Below are positions 9,087 through 18,158 of a DNA stretch of 64,000 nucleotides, piece by piece; within the stretch, counting starts at the first letter, position 1, and each line of letters starts with the position of its first letter. Made by a program: the position numbers and the translations under genes. The notes below the pieces were generated by a model, which was given only the letters and a program-made list of their open reading frames with translations, made no database searches and was not told the DNA's origin. This DNA comes from Pseudomonadota bacterium (GTDB taxonomy: Bacteria > Desulfobacterota > Desulfarculia > Desulfarculales > Desulfarculaceae), in contig JAHIND010000004.1 of assembly GCA_018896025.1 (NCBI GenBank), forward strand, positions 66,512 through 130,511, given 5' to 3'.

Positions 9087-10437
9087 ACACGGACCGGGCC
9101 AGAGCCTGTGCCCAGTGTGTCTGAGCCTGATCCCCGCCCGCTACGAACAAGAGGGCGACGAGGTCTTCCAGGTAAAGCAGTGCCCGGAGCACGGCAGCTT
9201 TCGCACGGTCATCTGGCGAGGGCCGCCGGATATGGCCACCTGGCAACGCCCCAAGATTCCCGCCAAGCTCGATTACTACGCCAGCGAGATGGAGCGCGGC
9301 TGCCCTTTTGACTGCGGCCTGTGCCCCGAGCATCGCCAGCGCACCTGCACCGCCATCCTGGAGGTGACCCAGCGCTGCGACCTGGGCTGCCCGGTGTGCT
9401 ACGCCGACTCGGGCGACCAGGGTCCCGACCCCAGCCATACGCAGATCGAGGCCTGGTACCGGGCAGTGCTGCGCGGGGGCGCCGGGTGCAACATCCAGCT
9501 ATCCGGCGGCGAGCCCACCCTGCGCGACGATTTGCCCGAGCTGATTGCCCTGGGCCGGGAGCTGGGCTTCGGCTTCGTGCAGGTAAACACCAACGGCCTG
9601 CGCCTGGGCCGGGAGCCACAATATCTCGAGGCCCTGGTCCAGGCCGGGCTGGCCTCCATCTTTTTGCAGTTCGACGCGGTGGATGACCGCGCCTATGAGA
9701 GACTGCGGGGCCGCGCTCTTTTGGAAGACAAGCTGCGCGCCCTGGAGGCCTGCGCCCGCCTGGGCGTAGGCGTGGTTCTGGTGCCCACCATTTTGCCTGG
9801 CGTGAACCTGGACCAGGTGGGCCCTATCCTGAAGCTGGCTCTGGAGCACTCGCCCACGGTACGGGGGGTGCACTTCCAGCCTATGAGCCGCTTCGGCCGC
9901 TTTCCCGGCGGCCTGAGCGATGACCAGCGCCTCACCCTGCCCGAACTCATCCAAGCCATCGACCGCCAGACCGAGGGGCGTTTCCCGGCGACCAGCTTCC
10001 GGCCGCCGGGCTGCGAAAATTCCCTGTGCTCTTTTCAGGGCAATTTTTTGCTGCATCCCGACGGCCGGGTGCAGGCCCTGAGCCAGGCCCACGACCCGGC
10101 CTGCTGCCCCGCGCCCGAGCCCGCCGAGCAGGGGGCCCTGCGCACCATCGCCAGGGTGTCGCGCAACTGGGCCGCGCCCGAGCCCACCGTCTCGCCCCAG
10201 GCCTGCGGCTGCGGCGCGCCCCAGCCCGAGGGCCCCTTGAGCCTGGAACAGTTCATCGAAATGGCCCGCCGTCGCACTTTGTCCGTGTCGGCCATGGCCT
10301 TTCAGGACGCCTGGAACCTGGACATCGACCGGGTGCGCGACTGCTGCATCCACGTGGTGTCGCCCCAGGGTAAGCTGGTCCCCTTTTGCCTGTACAACCT
10401 GACCAGCAGCAGCGGAGAGAGGCTCTACCGGCCATGA
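9076..10437 (+). CDS. Radical SAM protein (TrsS-like, Cys form)
   Basis: CDLGCPVC (CxxxCxxC), LSGGEPT, N-terminal CPVC...CPEHG and CPFDCGLC, C-terminal DCCIH...PFCLYN. Confidence 0.85.
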   Translation: MDTEHGPGQSLCPVCLSLIPARYEQEGDEVFQVKQCPEHGSFRTVIWRGPPDMATWQRPKIPAKLDYYASEMERGCPFDCGLCPEHRQRTCTAILEVTQRCDLGCPVCYADSGDQGPDPSHTQIEAWYRAVLRGGAGCNIQLSGGEPTLRDDLPELIALGRELGFGFVQVNTNGLRLGREPQYLEALVQAGLASIFLQFDAVDDRAYERLRGRALLEDKLRALEACARLGVGVVLVPTILPGVNLDQVGPILKLALEHSPTVRGVHFQPMSRFGRFPGGLSDDQRLTLPELIQAIDRQTEGRFPATSFRPPGCENSLCSFQGNFLLHPDGRVQALSQAHDPACCPAPEPAEQGALRTIARVSRNWAAPEPTVSPQACGCGAPQPEGPLSLEQFIEMARRRTLSVSAMAFQDAWNLDIDRVRDCCIHVVSPQGKLVPFCLYNLTSSSGERLYRP

Positions 10438-11750
10438 GCGCCATTGACCGCACCCCGCTGCACGCCTGGCTGGGACGCAAGCTGGGCCTGCCCGCGAGCA
10501 GCGAGCCCGGCCCCGAGTCCCTGGCCGCCTATCAGCTGGACAAGCTGCGCCACACTGTTTCCTACGTACGTCAGCACAGCCCCTTTTACCGCAAGCATCT
10601 AGCCGGGCTTCCCGTTGATGTCTTGGGCAGCTTGCCGGACCTGGCCCGCCTGCCTTTCACCACGGAGCAGGACCTGCGGGAGCATCACCTGGGAATGCTT
10701 TGCGTGTCCCAGGGCCAAGTGGCGCGGGTGGTGACGCTCAACACTTCGGGCACCACCGCCGCACCCAAGCGGCTCTATTTCAGCGATGCGGACCTGGAAA
10801 CGACCCTGGACTTTTTTCACCACGGCATGGCCACCATGGTGCAGCCCGGCGGCCGGGTCCTGATCCTGCTGCCCGGCGCCACCCCGGACAGCGTGGGCGA
10901 TCTGCTGGCCCGCGCCCTGGCCCGCATGCAGGTGACGGGCGTGGTCCATGGCCCGGTGGGAGATCCCCAGGCGGCCCTTGAGCACGCTGAGGGGGCCGAC
11001 TGCCTGGTGGGCATCCCGGTGCAGGTGCTGGCCATGGCAGAGCAGCCCGGCGCTGATAAATTGCGGGGCGCGATAAAAAGCGTGCTGCTCACCACCGACT
11101 ACGTGCCCCAAGCCCTGGCCCGGCGGGTGGAGGCCACCTGGGGCTGCGAGGTGTTCGAGCACTACGGCATGACCGAGACCGGCCTGGGCGCGGGAGTGGA
11201 TTGCCGGGCCCACCAGGGCTATCACCTGCGGGCGGCGGACCTGTACTACGAGGTCGTGGAGCCGGCCAGCGGCGCGCCCCTGCCGCCGGGTGAGGAGGGT
11301 GAGTTGGTGCTGACTACCCTCACCCGCTCGGCCATGCCCCTGGTGCGCTACCGCACCGGCGACTTGGGCCGCCTGCTGCCCGGTCCCTGCCCCTGCGGCG
11401 GCTTCACCCCGCGCCTGGATCGGGTGCCCGGCCGCCTGAGCAACCGTTTGAATCTGGGCAAAGGCGATTTACTACCCATGTGGCTGCTCGACGAAGCCCT
11501 GTTCGCGGTGCCGGGGCTGCTGGACTATCGGGCTGCCCTGCGCCTCCAGGACGGCGGGTATTGCCTGGAGCTGACCGTGCAGGCCGCTGAGGATGTGCAC
11601 CCCACGCTGGCCGCGGAAGTGGAGGAGGCCCTGGCCGAGGTCTCGGCTTTGACCCATGGCGACATCGCGCCGGGGCCCATCGAGATCAGCCACCAGGCCT
11701 GGTCCGACGACGGCACCGGCAAACGCTCCTTCCTGAGTACAGCGGGCTGA
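10434..11750 (+). CDS. AMP-dependent CoA ligase, PaaK-like (DVU_1553-like)
   Basis: TSGTT, HYGMTE, RYRTGD motifs; ATGA overlap. Confidence 0.85.
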   Translation: MSAIDRTPLHAWLGRKLGLPASSEPGPESLAAYQLDKLRHTVSYVRQHSPFYRKHLAGLPVDVLGSLPDLARLPFTTEQDLREHHLGMLCVSQGQVARVVTLNTSGTTAAPKRLYFSDADLETTLDFFHHGMATMVQPGGRVLILLPGATPDSVGDLLARALARMQVTGVVHGPVGDPQAALEHAEGADCLVGIPVQVLAMAEQPGADKLRGAIKSVLLTTDYVPQALARRVEATWGCEVFEHYGMTETGLGAGVDCRAHQGYHLRAADLYYEVVEPASGAPLPPGEEGELVLTTLTRSAMPLVRYRTGDLGRLLPGPCPCGGFTPRLDRVPGRLSNRLNLGKGDLLPMWLLDEALFAVPGLLDYRAALRLQDGGYCLELTVQAAEDVHPTLAAEVEEALAEVSALTHGDIAPGPIEISHQAWSDDGTGKRSFLSTAG

Positions 11751-12193
11751 ACGGCGAGCCGAACAAAACACGCCAAAGCACCACCCGCCCTCATCACAAA
11801 GGCCATTACCAGCCGCCCCATACCGACCGCCTAAAACAGCCGCGCAAATGGTTTTGCCAGCTGGTTTTAGCCCAAAAATTCGGCTTATCATCACGTAAAA
11901 CCTAATGAATCAGTTCCTGCTATTGGTTATCAAATACAAACGGCAATCACCTTAAACCCACGGTGGCTTATTAACCGCCAAAGGCGAGGCCACCACAATA
12001 TAATCGCCGACCTTCTGGCGGGCACACCACGTATCTAACCAAATTTATTAATGTAAATATGTTTCTTCATCTGAACCCACAAGATTTCAATCAACCAAAA
12101 CGACAACCGGCTGACCATTGCCAACCTTGGGCTCGATAAGCAGGGCAGTTTTTTTGCTAGGGACAAATATTCCGCAGAGCGCCGTAAAAGGGG

Positions 12194-12246
12194 TTGACAC
12201 CGAAGCTCCAGATTAAATACGATTAAATTCGTTAACAATTAACGAA
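12194..12246 (+). promoter_or_regulatory. Sigma70 promoter with overlapping inverted-repeat operator (likely IclR site)
   Basis: TTGACA (12194-12199), TACGAT (12218-12223); perfect repeat TTCGTTAA-CAA-TTAACGAA (12228-12246). Confidence 0.7.
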
Positions 12247-12256
12247 GAGCGTTAAT

Positions 12257-13072
12257 TTGACCAGAAAACAACGTCATTTCGTACAATCATTGGCCAGGGG
12301 ACTAAACGTTCTCCAGGCGTTTTCCGCCGAACATTCACGCCTTACCTTGTCCCAAATATCAGAGCGCACCGGATTCAACGTGGTGGCGGTGCAGCGCTAC
12401 ACCGACACTCTCATGGAAATGGGCTTTTTGAAGCGCAACCGGCACCGGGAGTTCTTTTTGGGGCCCGGGGTCTTGTCATTGGGGTTCGCTTTTTTAAACC
12501 GCACCGAGCTCAAGAAAATCGCCGAGGAATACATCTCCGAATTTTCCGACCGGGTGGGCCGGACCCTGAACATGGCCATCCTGGACGGCGCCGAGATAAT
12601 TTTCATATATCGCAAGGAAGTGCACCGCTTCCTAAGCTACGACCTGCACGCGGGTTCCAAGCTCCCGGCCCATTGCACCGGCTCGGGCAAGTGCCTGCTG
12701 GCCGGGCTGGACGACGTCAGCCTTAAGGAGCTTTTGTACAGCACCGACCTCTACCGGGTGACCGCCCACACCATCGTGGACCCCGAGGTGCTTTGGAAAG
12801 ACCTTATGCTCACCCGCAAGCGGGGCTACAGCATCGCCGACCGGGAGTGGATCTCCGACCTCTACTCCCTGGGCGTGCCCATCATCAACCGGGAGGGAAA
12901 GATGGAGGCGGCGGTCAACCTCTCCCTTTCCCTGGAAGAGGCCAAGGGGGCCCACCTCAAGGACATGGTGAACCAGTTCATTGAACTGGGGCGCAGCCTG
13001 TCGTTGGCCATGGGCTACCAAGGCCCCTACCCCGTGATTCCCATCGCCGACCCATCAGGAGACGCCAGGTGA
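12257..13072 (+). CDS. IclR family transcriptional regulator (PcaR/PobR-like)
   Basis: FVQSLARGLNVL N-terminal HTH; LPAHCTGSGKCLLA; RKRGYS. Confidence 0.92.
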   Translation: MTRKQRHFVQSLARGLNVLQAFSAEHSRLTLSQISERTGFNVVAVQRYTDTLMEMGFLKRNRHREFFLGPGVLSLGFAFLNRTELKKIAEEYISEFSDRVGRTLNMAILDGAEIIFIYRKEVHRFLSYDLHAGSKLPAHCTGSGKCLLAGLDDVSLKELLYSTDLYRVTAHTIVDPEVLWKDLMLTRKRGYSIADREWISDLYSLGVPIINREGKMEAAVNLSLSLEEAKGAHLKDMVNQFIELGRSLSLAMGYQGPYPVIPIADPSGDAR

Positions 13073-14604
13073 ACGTAGGATCATTGCTGGTCAACGCGGT
13101 GGGCAAGTTCCCCACTTCCATCGCCATCGTGGACGGCCCAACCAGGCTGAGCTTCGCTGAACTGGACCAACGCACCCGCCGCCTGGCCTCGGCCATGCTG
13201 GAGACGGGGCTGCACCCCGGCGACCCGGTGGCCATGCTCTTCTACAACAGCGCCCACATGGTGGAGGTCTACTACGCCACGGTGCGGGCGGGCCTGGTGG
13301 CCGTGCCCATCAACTTCCGCCTGGCCGGGCGGGAGATGGCCTTCATGCTGGCGGACTCCGGGGCCAGGGTTTTGTTCTACGATCCCGAGTTCGACCCCTT
13401 GATCGCTGGGATCAGGGACGGCCTGGAGGAGCTGCGCTTTTTGGTGTCCCCCCGGCCCGGCCCCTCGGGCCTGGCCCAAGACTATGAGGAATTTCTGGCC
13501 ACGGGCCAGGCGGCCGAGGATCGCGGCGGCGTGAGCGAGGATCATCCCTGCCAGCTCATGTACACCTCCGGCACCACCGGACGCCCCAAGGGGGCGGTTA
13601 TCACCCATCGCAACGTGATCTGGAACCTGTTCAACACCATCCACGGCCGGGAAGACCGGGCCGGGCAGATATCCATCATCGTGGGCCCGCTGTACCACAC
13701 CGCCGCCCTGAACAACCACCTGACCATCCAGGTGGCCCTGGGCGGCACCAGCGTGCTGGTCAAGAGCTTCGACGCCGAGGGGCTGCTGGCCACTATCCAA
13801 GCGGAGCGGGCCACGGTGATCTCCGGCTCGCCGGCCATGTACAACCTGCTGATGCAGCATCCCGCCGCCGGGAGCTACGACACCACCAGCATCACCAAAT
13901 GCACCACCGGGGCCGACAAGCTGGCCATGGAGACCAAGCGCCGCCTGATGGAGTTCTTCCCCAACATAGAGGGGGTGTACGACGTCTACGGCTGCACCGA
14001 GGCCTCTCCCTGCATCGCCATCCTGGCCGCCCGGGACTCCCTGCGCAAGGACGGCTCCATCGGCCCGCCCCTGCCCTTTTTGCAGGCGCGGGTGGTGGAC
14101 GAGATGGGCCGGGTGCTGGGCCCGGACCAGGTGGGCGAGCTGGTGTGCAAGGGGCCCAACGTGATGCGGGGCTACCACAACAACCCCGAGGGCACCGCCG
14201 AGGCCATCCGCGATGGCTGGCTGCACACCGGCGACCTGGCCCGTATGGACCAGGAAGGCTACCTGTACATCGTGGACCGAAAGAAGGACATGATCGTCAG
14301 CGGCGGGGAGAACATCTATCCTCGCGAGTTGGAAGAGGTGCTCTACACCCACCCGGCCATAGCCGACGCCGCGGTGGTGGGCCTGCCCGACGAGGTATGG
14401 GGCGAGAGCGTGTGCGCCTTCGTGGCCCTGCGGCAGGGCAGCAGCCTGGGGGCCGAGGAGGTGGTGGCGCTGTGCAAGGCCAACCTGGCCAGCTACAAGA
14501 AGCCCAAGCGGGTGGAGTTTCTGGATGAGATCCCCCGCAATCCTTCGGGCAAGGTCCTCAAGCTGGAGCTTCGCCGCCAGTGGTTGGATAAATCCGAAAA
14601 ATAA
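13069..14604 (+). CDS. Long-chain/aryl acyl-CoA synthetase
   Basis: YTSGTTGRPKG, YGCTE, GWLHTGD, SGGENI, RNPSGK. Confidence 0.92.
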   Translation: MNVGSLLVNAVGKFPTSIAIVDGPTRLSFAELDQRTRRLASAMLETGLHPGDPVAMLFYNSAHMVEVYYATVRAGLVAVPINFRLAGREMAFMLADSGARVLFYDPEFDPLIAGIRDGLEELRFLVSPRPGPSGLAQDYEEFLATGQAAEDRGGVSEDHPCQLMYTSGTTGRPKGAVITHRNVIWNLFNTIHGREDRAGQISIIVGPLYHTAALNNHLTIQVALGGTSVLVKSFDAEGLLATIQAERATVISGSPAMYNLLMQHPAAGSYDTTSITKCTTGADKLAMETKRRLMEFFPNIEGVYDVYGCTEASPCIAILAARDSLRKDGSIGPPLPFLQARVVDEMGRVLGPDQVGELVCKGPNVMRGYHNNPEGTAEAIRDGWLHTGDLARMDQEGYLYIVDRKKDMIVSGGENIYPRELEEVLYTHPAIADAAVVGLPDEVWGESVCAFVALRQGSSLGAEEVVALCKANLASYKKPKRVEFLDEIPRNPSGKVLKLELRRQWLDKSEK

Positions 14605-14694
14605 GCACCGGGCCCGCATGGGGTATTAGCGGACCGGGCTGTTGCATAGAGGAGTGCTAAACGTCGGGAACGATTAACGGGAGGATATAGTTCC

Positions 14695-15672
14695 ATGAAA
14701 GCTACCAAAACCGTGAAGACCATTTTGGCCGTATTTTTGGCCCTGGCCTTGGCCATGAGCCTGGCCGGAGGAGCCCTGGCCGCCGATCAACGCCTGTCCA
14801 TCGGCACCGCCAGCACCGGCGGCAGCTGGTATCCCCTGGGCGGAGGGGTGGCCAACATGATCAACAAGTACGTCAAGGGCTACTACGCCTCGGCCCACCC
14901 CTCGGGCGCGTCCATCGAAAACATCCGCGCGGTCATGAAGGGCCAAGACGCCCTGGCCCTGTCCATGCCCGACGCCACCCTGTACGCCTATGAAGGCAAG
15001 GGCGCCTTCGAGGGCAATCCCCAGAAGAAGCTGCGGGGCCTGTTCTCCACCTACCCGGTGGACATCCAGTTCTACGTGCTGGCCGACTCGCCGGTGAAGA
15101 CCATCGCCGACCTCAAGGGCAAGAACCTCAAGGTGGCTGTGGGCGCGCCGGGCAGCGGCACCGAGAAGATGGCCCAGTACGTGCTCAAGGTCTATGACAT
15201 CACCTACGATGACATCGACGAGCAGTTCCTGAGCGCCACCGAGACCACGGCGGCCATGAAGGACGGCAACATCGACGTGGGCATCGTCACCCTGGGCACC
15301 CCCGCCCCCACCCTGATGGACCTGGCCACCCAGCGCGAGATCCGCTTCCTGGACATCGAGCCCGCCGTGGCCGCCAAGATCAACAAGGCCTTCCCGGCCT
15401 ACTTCCCGCGCACCATTCCGGCCGGCACCTACAAGAACATGACCAAACCTCACCACACCCTGGCCTGGATGGGCCTGTTCGTGGTCAGCGCCGACATGTC
15501 CGACCAACTGGCCTACGACATCTGCAAGGCGGTGTTCGATCACAAGGCGGAGTTGGACAAGATCCACAAGAAGTTCGCCCTGATCAACCTGGAAAGCGCC
15601 ACCAGCGGCATGTCGGTTCCCCTGCATCCGGGCGCCGCCAAGTTCTTCAAGGAACGCGGGATTCTGAAGTAG
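14695..15672 (+). CDS. TAXI family TRAP solute-binding protein
   Basis: Signal peptide; IGTASTGGSWY, GAPGSGT, VPLHPGA. Confidence 0.92.
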   Translation: MKATKTVKTILAVFLALALAMSLAGGALAADQRLSIGTASTGGSWYPLGGGVANMINKYVKGYYASAHPSGASIENIRAVMKGQDALALSMPDATLYAYEGKGAFEGNPQKKLRGLFSTYPVDIQFYVLADSPVKTIADLKGKNLKVAVGAPGSGTEKMAQYVLKVYDITYDDIDEQFLSATETTAAMKDGNIDVGIVTLGTPAPTLMDLATQREIRFLDIEPAVAAKINKAFPAYFPRTIPAGTYKNMTKPHHTLAWMGLFVVSADMSDQLAYDICKAVFDHKAELDKIHKKFALINLESATSGMSVPLHPGAAKFFKERGILK

Positions 15673-15681
15673 GGATTCGCC

Positions 15682-16248
15682 TTGCGCCCTAGCGAGAGAA
15701 AAGCCTGGGGAGCGCGGCCGCCTTTGCCACGGGGCAAGGCGGCCCGCTCCACGGCCCGGCGGCTACTGGGGTTGGCCGGGGCCCTGCTGCTGACGCTCTT
15801 GTGCGCGGCGGCAACCCCGGCGGCCGAGCCCGGTCTGGTGCTGAACCTGGTGGAGACCGACACCGGACGGGTGGCGCTCAGCGTGCCCATAGCGCCCGGC
15901 GAGGACTTCACGGTGTGGTTCCTGCATTCCTACGACCGCGCCTTTTTCGCGGAGCACTACCGCGCCTTGGCTCCGGGCCGCATTTTGCTGACCCACATGA
16001 CCTTCAAGTCCAACCTCAACGGTGAGGGCTTTGAGTACCACGACTTTCATCTACGCCCGGACGGGGTGGGCGAGCTGCGCAACATCAACGAACCCCGCGG
16101 GGAAGTCCACTTCATGATGGGCTCCCCGGATATGGCTAATCACACCCTCATCCTGCGGGGGAAGCGCATTCGGCTGGTGAACTACGTTTCCCCCCGCACG
16201 CTGGTGAGTTTCAGGGTCTGTTCCGCGCCGCGAAAAAATAAGGATTAG
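15682..16248 (+). CDS. DUF1850-like TAXI accessory protein (start uncertain)
   Basis: FxVxFxHSY motif; sits between TAXI SBP and fused permease as usual for this family. Confidence 0.7.
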   Translation: MRPSERKAWGARPPLPRGKAARSTARRLLGLAGALLLTLLCAAATPAAEPGLVLNLVETDTGRVALSVPIAPGEDFTVWFLHSYDRAFFAEHYRALAPGRILLTHMTFKSNLNGEGFEYHDFHLRPDGVGELRNINEPRGEVHFMMGSPDMANHTLILRGKRIRLVNYVSPRTLVSFRVCSAPRKNKD

Positions 16249-16256
16249 GTACCGTC

Positions 16257-18149
16257 ATGCCCAGCATTAGCTCCAAAAGCCTCACCGCCTGGATCATCAC
16301 CGTGGTGGCCTTGGGAATGAGCGCTTTTCAGTTGTACACCGCCCAGTTCGGATTGTTTTCGGCCATGGTGCAAAGGCCGGTGCACCTGCTGTTCGCCGCC
16401 GCCCTGGTGTTGTTGATCTTCCCGGTGGCGCGCAGCATGTCCGGCGGGTCCTATCCCCTGTACCTGCGCATATGGGATTGGGTGCTCATCACCGCCTCGG
16501 CCGCCTCGCTGTTGCACATCGTGGCCACCTACAGGGATCTGGTGTCCCGGGGCGGCGCGGCCACGGAGACCGATCTGTGGCTGGGAGGCCTGGTCATCCT
16601 CCTGGTGCTGGAAACCACCCGCCGGGTCATGGGGCCCTCGCTGCCCATAATCACCATAGTGGCCATCGCCTACACCCTTTTTGGCCACCACATTCCCGGC
16701 ATGTGGGGGCACCGGCTCATCGACCTGGAGCAGCTCATCAGCTACCAGTACCTCACCACCGAGGGATTGTTCACCATCCCCCTGGGGGTGTCGGCCAGCT
16801 TCATCTTCATCTTCATTCTCTTCGGGGCCTTTTTGGTGGCCTCGGGCACCGGCGAGTTTTTCATACAGTTCGCCAACGCCCTGGCCGGCCACCTGCGCGG
16901 CGGACCGGCCAAGGTGGCGGTCCTTAGCAGCGCAACCTTCGGCTCCATCTCCGGCTCGGCGGTGGCCAACGTGGTCAGCACCGGATCGTTCACCATTCCC
17001 CTGATGAAGAAGATCGGCTACCGCCCGGTGTTCGCCGGGGCCATCGAGTCGGTGGCCTCCACCGGGGGCCAGTTCATGCCCCCGGTGATGGGCGCGGCCG
17101 CCTTCATCATCGCCGACATGCTGGGCGTGACCTATCTGGACGTGTGCAAGGCTGCCCTGATCCCGGCGGTGCTCTACTTCTTCGCCCTCATCTACATGGT
17201 GCATCTGGAAGCCCAGCGCCGGGACCTCAGGGGCCTGGACCGCTCGGAGCTGCCCAACCTGCTCAAAACCATCAAGGAAGGTGGGCATCTGCTGCTGCCG
17301 GCGGTGCTGTTGGTGACCCTGTTGGTGCAGGGCTACTCGCCCATGAAGGCCGGCCTCTGGGCCATGGTGGCGGTGGTGGTGATCAGCTGGTTCAAGAAGG
17401 AAACCCGCATGGGGCCCAAGGCCATCTTGTTGGCCATGGAAAAGGGCGCCAAGGGAAGCCTGGAAGTGGCCCTGGCCTGCGCCTGCGCGGGCATCGTCAT
17501 TGGCTGCGTCACCCAGTCCGGCCTGGGGCTCAAGTTCTCCAGCTTGGTCATCCAGGCCTCGGGCGGCAGCCTGATCCTGTCGCTGGTTTTCGTGATGATC
17601 GCCTCGCTGGTGCTGGGCATGGGGCTGACCACCTCGGCGGCCTACATCCTCACCATCATCCTGGCCGGGCCGGTGCTGGTGGACCTGGGGGTGGCCCCCT
17701 TGGCGGCCCACATGTTCGTGTTCTACTATGCCTGCCTCTCCTGCATCACCCCGCCGGTGGCCTTGGCCGCCTTTGCCGCCGCGGGCCTGGCCGGGTCCAA
17801 GCCCTTTGCCACCGGCTTCGAGTCCATGCGCCTGGCCATCATCGCCTATATCGTGCCCTTCATATTCGTGTACCACCCGGTGCTGATCTGGCAGGGGGCC
17901 TGGTGGGCCATCGCCCTGTCCTTCGTCAGCGCCACCCTGGGCTGCGTGGCCATCGGTTCGGCCGTGATGGGCTTCATGAACTACCGACTCAACCTGCTGC
18001 TGCGCCTGGCCCTGTTGGCCGCGGCCTTTGGCTTGATCATGCCCGGCGTCCAAAGCGATCTGTTAGGTGGGGCCCTGCTGGCGGCCGTCTATCTCTTCAC
18101 CAGTTATCAGGCCCGCAAGATGGGGCCCGATACGGCCTTGGCCGCCTAG
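16257..18149 (+). CDS. TRAP transporter fused 4TM/12TM permease
   Basis: GGPAKVAV, SGSAVANV, PPVMGAAAF, ITPPVALA. Confidence 0.92.
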   Translation: MPSISSKSLTAWIITVVALGMSAFQLYTAQFGLFSAMVQRPVHLLFAAALVLLIFPVARSMSGGSYPLYLRIWDWVLITASAASLLHIVATYRDLVSRGGAATETDLWLGGLVILLVLETTRRVMGPSLPIITIVAIAYTLFGHHIPGMWGHRLIDLEQLISYQYLTTEGLFTIPLGVSASFIFIFILFGAFLVASGTGEFFIQFANALAGHLRGGPAKVAVLSSATFGSISGSAVANVVSTGSFTIPLMKKIGYRPVFAGAIESVASTGGQFMPPVMGAAAFIIADMLGVTYLDVCKAALIPAVLYFFALIYMVHLEAQRRDLRGLDRSELPNLLKTIKEGGHLLLPAVLLVTLLVQGYSPMKAGLWAMVAVVVISWFKKETRMGPKAILLAMEKGAKGSLEVALACACAGIVIGCVTQSGLGLKFSSLVIQASGGSLILSLVFVMIASLVLGMGLTTSAAYILTIILAGPVLVDLGVAPLAAHMFVFYYACLSCITPPVALAAFAAAGLAGSKPFATGFESMRLAIIAYIVPFIFVYHPVLIWQGAWWAIALSFVSATLGCVAIGSAVMGFMNYRLNLLLRLALLAAAFGLIMPGVQSDLLGGALLAAVYLFTSYQARKMGPDTALAA

Positions 18150-18158
18150 GGGGCAGGC

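Noticed and set aside
9076-10437. Selenocysteine in the TrsS-like radical SAM or other Cys-rich genes
   Set aside because: These ORFs are uninterrupted and appear full length; the only convincing in-frame UGA found is at 42632-42630.
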